NCBI RefSeq assembly: GCF_006345805.1
Contig: NW_021829238.1
Location: forward strand, 1-6,756
DNA from: Octopus sinensis
Lineage: Eukaryota
Reading direction: 5' to 3'
Length of the DNA: 6,756 nucleotides
Below are positions 1 to 6,088 of this stretch, piece by piece (positions within the stretch are counted from its first letter, which is position 1; each line of letters starts with the position of its first letter). The translations under genes were made by a program, and so were the position numbers. Below the pieces are notes generated by a model that saw nothing but the letters and a program-made list of their open reading frames with translations, did not search any database and was not told where the DNA came from.

Positions 1-442
1 AACCTTTCCCAGTATCTGAGCTGTTGCAAAGAGACGATCTTCTTTGTGAATCTTCTCTGGATTGCTTCTAGGTCTGCTGTTATTTTCACACTGGTGGGTG
101 ACCATAGCTGTGAGCAGTAATCCAGGTGGCTAAGGATGAATGTTCGCCAGTGGACCATCATGGTTTCCTTTTCTCTGGTTCGGAATGTTCTTAGGATCCA
201 TGCAGACAGTCGTCTGAACTTTGTCGCCATCCTGGTAATGAGCACTTGAAAAGAGGTATCATCACTCATGTCTATACCCAGGTACCTCACTGACTTAGGC
301 TCTGGGACTAAAATTCCCTATGGACCAGTGTACCCTTTAAGTTAGGTTTTGATGCTGGTGGCACAGGGCTTGGAATTTTACGGCATTAAACTGCATATTA
401 TTATCCTCAGCCAATCTGTAAATGGAGTCCAACTCCTGCTGC
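1..442 (-). mobile_element. CR1-group (CR1/L2/Crack/Daphne-like) LINE fragment, RT C-terminal/thumb region, copy 1 (runs off the window start)
   Basis: The minus strand translates to ...YRLAEDNNMQFNAVKFQAL... and, after a frameshift, SVRYLGIDMSDD...WILRTFRTREKETMMVHWRTFILSHLDYCSQLWSP...LEAIQRRFTKKI...YWER. The 'LG...', 'YCSQLWSP' and 'LEAIQRRFT' blocks are typical of CR1-group ORF2 C-termini. Colinear with 1360-1801 (25 mismatches in 442 bp, no indels). Confidence 0.85.
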
Positions 443-531
443 TTATACATATACCTATGACTTATATTATATATATAATATATATATTATATATATATAT
501 ATAATATATATACATGCATAGAATGTATATC

Positions 532-562
<31 letters not shown>

Positions 563-572
563 CTATCTATCA

Positions 573-614
<42 letters not shown>

Positions 615-617
615 TAC

Positions 618-652
<35 letters not shown>

Positions 653-700
653 CATAGATAGATAGATATAGTATATATATATACATATACATATATGTAC
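443..700. repeat. Compound microsatellite (TA)n/(CTAT)n/(TA)18/(GATA)n, containing a ~145-bp quasi-palindrome at 526-670
   Basis: Read directly: (CTAT)n 531-570, (TA)18 577-612, (GATA)n 613-668. Confidence 0.95.
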
Positions 701-827
701 ATTATACAAATTTGTACATTAATTTTACATTTAGTGACATGAGTGTAATTTCATCAGAGAAAAAAAGCTGCTCCTTTTGATGTTATATATGGACCCGTCT
801 TCTTTTTTCCTTTTAAATGGATATAAA

Positions 828-828
<1 letters not shown>

Positions 829-880
<52 letters not shown>

Positions 881-930
881 CATACATATGTATGTATATA
901 TATATTTCTGTGTGTATGTATATGTATATA
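829..930. repeat. Compound microsatellite (TG)7(TA)16 followed by (CATA)/(TATG)-type repeats
   Basis: Read directly from the sequence. Confidence 0.95.
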
Positions 931-931
931 T

Positions 932-1287
932 CTGTACATGTCTCTCATTGGACACTAAACTTCGCTTGTGAGGACCTGTTGAGCCAAGTGAAATCAAATT
1001 CGTTGAGATGACCGATGATAGCACCGCCTGACTGGCAACCACGCCAGTTGAATACTAAAAGCACCATCCAAGCATGAACGTTGCCAGTACCGCTGTACTG
1101 GCTCCTGTTCAGGTGGCATATAAAAAACACCATTTGAGTGTGGCTATTGGCAGTACCACATGACTGGCTCTCGTGCCAGTGGCACGTAAAAGCACCCATT
1201 TCACTCTTGGAGTGGTAGGTGTTAGGAGGGCATCCAGCGGTAGAAACCCTACCTGATCAGATAGGAGCCTGGTGCAGCCTTCTGGGC
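932..1287 (+). mobile_element. Fragment of the RTE-family 3' UTR (SINE-like module), truncated at both ends; a diverged relative of 2060-2440 in opposite orientation
   Basis: CTGTACATG..TTGGACACTAAACTTCGCTTGTGAGGACCTGTTGAG matches the reverse complement of ~2384-2437 (CTGTGCATA..TTGGGACACATAACTCTACTTGTGAAGACCTGTTGAG). It has three ~66-bp units (ACTGGC at 1031, 1097, 1163), then GGAGTGGTAGGTGTTAGGAGGGCATCCAGCGGTAGAAAC..GCCTGGTGCAGCCTTC as in the full-length element. The terminal stem-loop and (GAT)n tail are missing. Confidence 0.85.
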
Positions 1288-1801
1288 AGGATATTCCAGA
1301 TATATATTACTACATACCTCTCCCGTCTTCTCTCCAGGGAGTAGAGTCTTATGTCTTTCAACCTTTCCCAGTAGCTGAGCTGTTGCAAAGAGACGGTCTT
1401 CTTTGTGAATTTTCTCTGGATTGCTTCAAGGTCCGCTGTTAATTTCACACTGGTGGGTGACCATAGCTGTGAGCAGTAATCCAGGTGGCTGAGGATGAAT
1501 GTTCGCCAGTGGACCATCATGGTTTCCTTTTCTCTGGTTCGGAATGTTCTTAGGATCCATCCAGCCAGTCGTCTGCACTTTGTCACCATCCTGGTATTGA
1601 GCACTTGGAAAGAGGTATCATCACTCATGTCTATACCCAGGTCCCTCACTGAAATAGGCTCTGGGACTGAAATTCCCCGTGGACCAGTGTACCCTGTAAG
1701 TTAGGTTTTGATGCTGGTGGAGCAGGGCTTGGAATTTTTCGGCATTAAACTGCATATTATTATCCTCAGCCCATCTGTAACTGGAGTCCAACTCCTGCTG
1801 C
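1287..1801 (-). mobile_element. CR1-group LINE fragment, RT C-terminal/thumb region, copy 2
   Basis: ORFs 1621..1809 and 1257..1649 give QQELDSSYRWAEDNNMQFNAEKFQAL / RDLGIDMSDD...HLDYCSQLWSP...LEAIQRKFTKK...LSYWERLKDIRLYSLERRRER..IYIWNIL. 'YSLERRRER' is a classic CR1-group motif. There is a frameshift near 1697-1716. Confidence 0.88.
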
Positions 1802-1830
1802 ATATACATATATCTAAAGACTTATATATA

Positions 1831-1871
<41 letters not shown>

Positions 1872-1914
1872 GTAGAATGTATACACAATATATATATGAA
1901 ATAATTGTATACAT

Positions 1915-1983
<69 letters not shown>

Positions 1984-1992
1984 CAATATATA
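1802..1992. repeat. Compound microsatellite (TA)n/(CA)n
   Basis: Read directly; (CA)n at ~1915-1939 and ~1951-1963 within (TA)n. Confidence 0.95.
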
Positions 1993-2039
1993 TCATCATC
2001 ATCATCATCGTTTAACGTCCGCTTTCCATGCTAGCATGG
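1992..2039 (-). other. LINE 3' terminus: palindrome CCATGCTAGCATGG, short hairpin CGTTAAACG and (GAT)6 tail
   Basis: Perfect 14-bp palindrome at 2026-2039; CGTT-A-AACG at 2009-2017; (ATC)6 at 1992-2009. Confidence 0.8.
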
Positions 2040-2156
2040 GTTGGACGGTTCAACTGGGGTCTGAGAAGCCCGAAGGCTGCACCAGGCCAGTCAGATCTGG
2101 CAGTGTTTCCACAGCTGGATGCCCTTCCTAACGCCAACCACTCCGTGAGTGTAGTG

Positions 2157-2310
2157 GGTGCTTTTTATGTGTCACCGACACAGGTGCCAGACGAGGCTGG
2201 CGAACAGCCACGCTCGGATAGTGTTTTTTACGTGCCCACAGCACAGAGGCCAGTCGACACGGCACTGGCTACGGCCACGTTCGGAAAGATTTCTTTTATG
2301 CCACCGGCAC
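2157..2310 (-). repeat. Three degenerate ~63-66-bp tandem units in the RTE 3' UTR, each with GTGYC-N3-GRCAY followed by an A-tract
   Basis: Sense-strand cores: GTGCCGGTGGCATAAAAG (2310-2293), GTGCTGTGGGCACGTAAAAAACAC (2244-2221), GTGTCGGTGACACATAAAAAGCACC (2181-2157). Confidence 0.85.
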
Positions 2311-3132
2311 TGGTACCACAAAAATACAAATTCCATTGATGTTCATCGATTTTGATTTGATTTGATTTTGATTTTCACTTACCTCAACAGGTCTTCACAA
2401 GTAGAGTTATGTGTCCCAAGAAGGAAGGTATGCACAGGTGGAATGACTACATCCCAGGTAGGGGCCATGGGTTATGGCCTCACGTGTCCTGCCAGGTCTT
2501 CTCACGCACAGCATACTTCCAAAGGTCTCGGTCTCTCATCATTTCCTAAGTGAGACCTAAAGCGCGAAGGTCGTTCTGCACCACCTCGTCCCAGCTTTTC
2601 CTGGGGTACCTCTTCCACAGGTTCCCTCAACTGCTAGGGTGTGGCACTTTTTCACACAACAATCTTCATCCATTCCTACTACGTGTCCATACCAGCGAAG
2701 ACGCCTCTCTTGCACACCACATCTGATGCTTCTTAGGTCCAACTTTTCTCTCAAGGCACTTACACTCTGTCGGGTATGAACACTGACATTACACATCCAA
2801 TGAAGCATACTGGCTTCATTTCTTGCGAGCTTACGCATATCCTCAGCAGTCATTGCCCATGTTTCGCTGCCATGTAGCATGGCTGTTCGTACACAAGCAT
2901 CACACACTCTGCCTTTTACTCTGAGCGAGAGGCCTTTTGTCACCAGCAGAGGTAAGAGCTCTCTGAACTTTGCCCAGGCTATTCTTACTCTAGCAGTTAC
3001 ACTTTCGGCACACCCACCCCCGCTACTGACTTGGTCACCTAGGTAACGGAAACTATCAACTATTTCAAGTTTTTCTTCCTGGAATGTGGCGGAAGATGGT
3101 CTCTGTGCATTTTCAGTCTTTATTGAACCAGA

Positions 3133-3270
3133 GCATCTGCCACATACAAAAACTCTCTTCCTAGTTAGCTTTCCTTTGACATTACTGCACCTCTTATGTG
3201 TCCATAGCTTACACTTGGTGCATCTTATAGAGTTTCTACCTACGCCTTTTCTACAGATCGAGCAGGGCCA
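3133..3270 (-). other. PHD-type C4HC3 zinc finger inserted between the RT core and the thumb-region 'FRYLG' motif
   Basis: WPCSICRKGVGRNSIRCTKCKLWTHKRCSNVKGKLTRKRVFVCGRC = C-x2-C-x10-C-x2-C-x4-H-x2-C-x14-C-x2-C, with an aromatic residue two before the last CxxC as in PHD fingers. Confidence 0.8.
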
Positions 3271-3314
3271 TCTACCTGAAGGCGTTTGAGATTTGTCTAC
3301 CTTCCTACTTATTA

Positions 3315-4100
3315 GGACTTTTGTTTTAGCTAGGTTGACTCTAAGACCCTTTGATTCTAATCCTTGCTTCCACGCCTGAAACTTCTCGAGTTCTGATAGT
3401 GATTCAGCAATTAGAGCAAGGTCGTCAGCATAGAGGAGCTCCCAGGGCCATCCTGTCTTGAATTCCTCCGTTATTGCCTGGAGGACTATGATAAATAGGA
3501 GGGGGCTGAGTACTGAGCCTTGGTGGACCCCTACCTCCACCCGGAATTCTTCACTGTACTCGTTGCCAACCCTCACCTTACTAACAGCGTCCTTGTACAT
3601 GCCATGTACAGCTCTCACTAACCATTCATCTATCCCTAGTTTCCTCATTGACCACCAGATAAGGGATCGGGGGACCCTGTCAAAGGCTTTCTCCAAGTCA
3701 ACGAAAGCCAGGTACAGAGTTTAATCTTTGGCTAGGTATTTCTCCTGCAGCTGTCTCACCAGAAATATGGCATCAGTGGTGCTTTTCCCTGGCACGAAAC
3801 CAAACTGCATCTCATCTAGGTTGACTCTCTCTCTTATCAGTTGGGCTATGACCCTTTCCGTAACCTTCATTACCTGATCCAATAGCTTGATACCTCTGTA
3901 ATTATTTGTATCTAGGGCATCACCTTTACCTTTGTAGCAGTTGACTATTATGCTGCTACACCAGTCATTGGGTATGACTCCTTCGTGTATCACCTGGTTA
4001 ACTATACGGGTGACTAGGTTATAGCCGACACTGCCAGATATTTTGAGCATCTCTGCAGTAATTCCTGATGGCCCGGGGGCTTTCCCTGTCTTCATGCTTC
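3315..4100 (-). other. Reverse transcriptase core of the RTE ORF
   Basis: GKAPGPSG, NYRGIKLL, QFGFVPGKSTTDAIF, AFVDLEKAFDRVPR, GVHQGSVLSPLLF, LLYADD and GLRVNLAKTKV. Confidence 0.95.
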
Positions 4101-4779
4101 TAATTGCCTTAACTACCATGGAACTGTCAAATCGGATAGCTGGTCCCTCTATTGGGTCGACATTCGGCAGACTCTCTTTATCCCGTTCATTCTCTTTGTT
4201 GAGAAACCTTTCATAGTGGCATCTCCAAACCTCTCTCTTTGCATCCTCATTCAGTGCAAGTGAACCATCATCCATGCGAACACATTTCTCTCCTACCACA
4301 TCACGATTCTCTCTCACACAATGTCTTGCAACACGAAACACCTCAAGTCTTTGGTCCTCACGGCGCAGAACATTTGCAAATTTTTTCTTATCTGCTTCCC
4401 CTCTAGCTAAATATACCTGTCTCCTAGCTTCTCTTTTCGCAGTCTGATACAATTCCCTACTACCGCCTTTCCTCTAGTCCTTCCAAGCCTGTCTCTTGTC
4501 TCTAATAGCCCTGTCTACAACATTGTTCCACGACCACGTTACCCTGGGACAAGATGGGACTTTGCTCCATCCACAGATCTGGTCAGTGGCTCTCAGCAGA
4601 TTGTCCCGTAAAAACCTCCAATTGGCTTCCACATTATGTGATGCTATATCCCCTTCTATTTCGTCGAAAGCTTCGAGTAGAACTTCTCTAAATCTCCGTC
4701 CATTTACAGGATCTTTAGGTTTCCAGACTCTTCTCCTCCGAGCTGGTCTTCTTCTGGGCAGCCATTTGGCCCTGATCCT

Positions 4780-5490
4780 GAAGTCGCTAACTACTAATCT
4801 ATGTTGAGGAGTACATTCCTCGCCTGGGAAGGTTTTGGCATTTATAAGCAGCCCTCTTTCCCTCTTTCTGGCGAGAATGTAGTCGATCTGGCTAGTGTGT
4901 CTGCTAGAACGGTAGGTGACTAGGTGAAAGGTGGGTTTCCTGAAGCTGGTATTGCAAATCATAAGGTCATTTGCATCGCAGAACTCCAGCAGCCTGGTTC
5001 CCTCCTCATTGCGAGAACCAAAACCGTAGCCCCCGTGTATGCCATGGAAGCCCCCGACATGCCGTCCAACATGTCCATTGAAGTCACCTGCCACAAAGAG
5101 AAGGTCACTGTCATTTGTCAACGAGGTAGTCAGTAATAGGGTGTCATAGAATCGGTCTTTCTGTCCTTCTGGTAGCCCCGGCTGAGGGGCATATGCCGAG
5201 ATAATGGTTGCTGACCTATGATAAAGCACTAGTCTAATCTTAAGTACTCTGTCACATACTCTGACTACCTCGACTACCTTATCAACCCATTTCTCTGCAA
5301 GAAGTATACCCACGCCCCCGACCCCATCAGTTTTCCCTGCCCAGAAAATCTTGTACCTGTGTTCCTTGCCTGTGAGGAACCTAGTGGAACCTCCTCTCCA
5401 CCTTACTTCTTGGATGCAGCACAAATCCACACGTCTCCGTTCAAGCAGCTCAACAATCTCACCAGACCTACCTTTCAATGTGCCAACTCT
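4780..5490 (-). other. Apurinic/apyrimidinic-like endonuclease (APE/EEP) domain of the RTE ORF
   Basis: Motifs DLCCIQEVRWRG, ISAYAPQ, GDFNGHVG, SQIDYIL and QHRLVVSDF. Confidence 0.93.
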
Positions 5491-5654
5491 GAAGGCGTGA
5501 GAGGTGTGGGCCTGTGGGTCCCTGTGATGGGGGACAGAAGTGTCATGTACCTGAAAAGAAGACTTGCGATTGGCAGATTTCATAAAGAAACACTAGACTA
5601 CAACCTTCATACACTACAGTTTTTGCGCTATATGATCGAATAAGCCCTACGATA

Positions 5655-5741
5655 GGGGCGTGGGAGTGTCCGCGGAAGGGGGAAAGCACAAGTAGACTGA
5701 GGTACTAACTTCCGGTTTTGGTGGAGGGGGTGGGAGGGCGG
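5655..5741 (-). promoter_or_regulatory. Candidate internal Pol II promoter in the RTE 5' UTR (ETS motif and GC/GT boxes)
   Basis: ACCGGAAGT (exact ETS consensus; 5708-5716, minus strand), GGGCGG 5736-5741, GGGGCGTGGG 5655-5664 and GGGGGTGGGA 5726-5735, all in a locally GC/CpG-rich patch 70-160 nt upstream of the ORF ATG. Motif match only. Confidence 0.35.
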
Positions 5742-6029
5742 CCGTACCACGAAAGAGCAAATGCTGAAATTATTTTAGGGAATTTGGGAGAAAAGGAAAA
5801 CCCTGAAATAAAGGAGGAATATAGACAATGTATCAAAAAAGACAAATAGGAAGCTAGAGGCATCATGTTTACAAGACAGAGAGATAAAAAATATAGAGAG
5901 GAAGAAGATAGAGAGATAGATAATAGAGTGGGGAGAAGATATTAGGGTTAGATCAGCGCCTAACGGTAATGAACTAAGGTTTCTGAGATCCGAGTTTATC
6001 ATCCGGAGCAAAGCAGTGAGAATCAAGTA

Positions 6030-6088
6030 AATATATATATATATATATATATATAGATATATATATATATATACATATATATATATTT
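6030..6088. repeat. (TA)n microsatellite separating two head-to-head RTE copies
   Basis: Read directly from the sequence. Confidence 0.95.

Larger units (their letters stand above)
2480..5583 (-). pseudogene. Disrupted RTE ORF (APE endonuclease + reverse transcriptase + PHD-type finger), ~1034 codons when repaired
   Basis: The three ORF-track pieces (4474..5583, 3721..4452, 2557..3696) are in the same frame and are separated by single stops: TAG 4474-4476 (in KD*RKGG) and TAA 3721-3723 (in AKD*TLYLAFVDLEKAFD). A 1-bp deletion at ~2603-2607 shifts GRG/PRKSWDEVVQNDLRALGLT*EMMRDRDLWKYAVREKTWQDT*, with a further TAG at 2546-2548 and the natural TGA at 2480-2482. Confidence 0.92.
1993..6029 (-). 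mobile_element. Apparently full-length RTE-clade LINE (~4.0 kb): ~450-nt 5' UTR, single APE-RT ORF, ~490-nt 3' UTR, (GAT)n tail
   Basis: A single ORF carries an N-terminal APE endonuclease and an RT. A short tandem-repeat tail (ATC)6 lies at 1992-2009 on the + strand. Both ends abut (TA)n, with candidate TSD AATATATA at 1985-1992 and 6030-6037. The 3' boundary is firm; the 5' boundary (6029) is inferred from the TSD candidate and the start of the microsatellite. Confidence 0.9.

Noticed and set aside
700-828. Only non-repeat stretch: possible host exon, with a 12-bp palindrome TACAAATTTGTA at 705-716
   Set aside because: There is no convincing acceptor/donor pair or coding signal, and the palindrome is unremarkable in AT-rich DNA.
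731-1042. ORFs 731..1042, 754..948, 777..971 and 817..1011
   Set aside because: These are YI/VC/TH runs translated from microsatellites, which lack stop codons; they are not genes.
1016-1200. Regularly spaced ~66-bp repeats resembling a CRISPR array
   Set aside because: These are degenerate whole-unit tandem repeats with no unique spacers, in a eukaryotic LINE UTR with no cas genes.
932-1287. Independent tRNA-derived SINE
   Set aside because: No Pol III A/B boxes or tRNA-like head are visible, and its 5' part matches the RTE 3' UTR. It is treated as a LINE 3' fragment, although a SINE sharing this tail cannot be excluded.
1701-2131. ORFs 1701..1964, 1814..2008 and 1877..2131 (poly-YI, HT, HHHHH)
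   Set aside because: Translation of (TA)n, (CA)n and the (ATC)n LINE tail.
5942-5951. TTAGGGTTAG telomere-like motif
   Set aside because: Fewer than two units; expected by chance.
5730-6010. Partial ribozyme-like words in the 5' UTR (CGGATGA...GAAA; CTCTTTCGTGG)
   Set aside because: The hammerhead core is mismatched with no stem II, and an HDV-like P3/P1.1 could not be paired convincingly. A covariance-model search is needed.
5775-6026. Hydrophobic 83-aa ORF upstream of the RTE ORF (possible ORF1 or membrane peptide)
   Set aside because: It does not start with ATG, its F/L/S/I richness follows from the pyrimidine-rich strand, and it has no recognisable motif.
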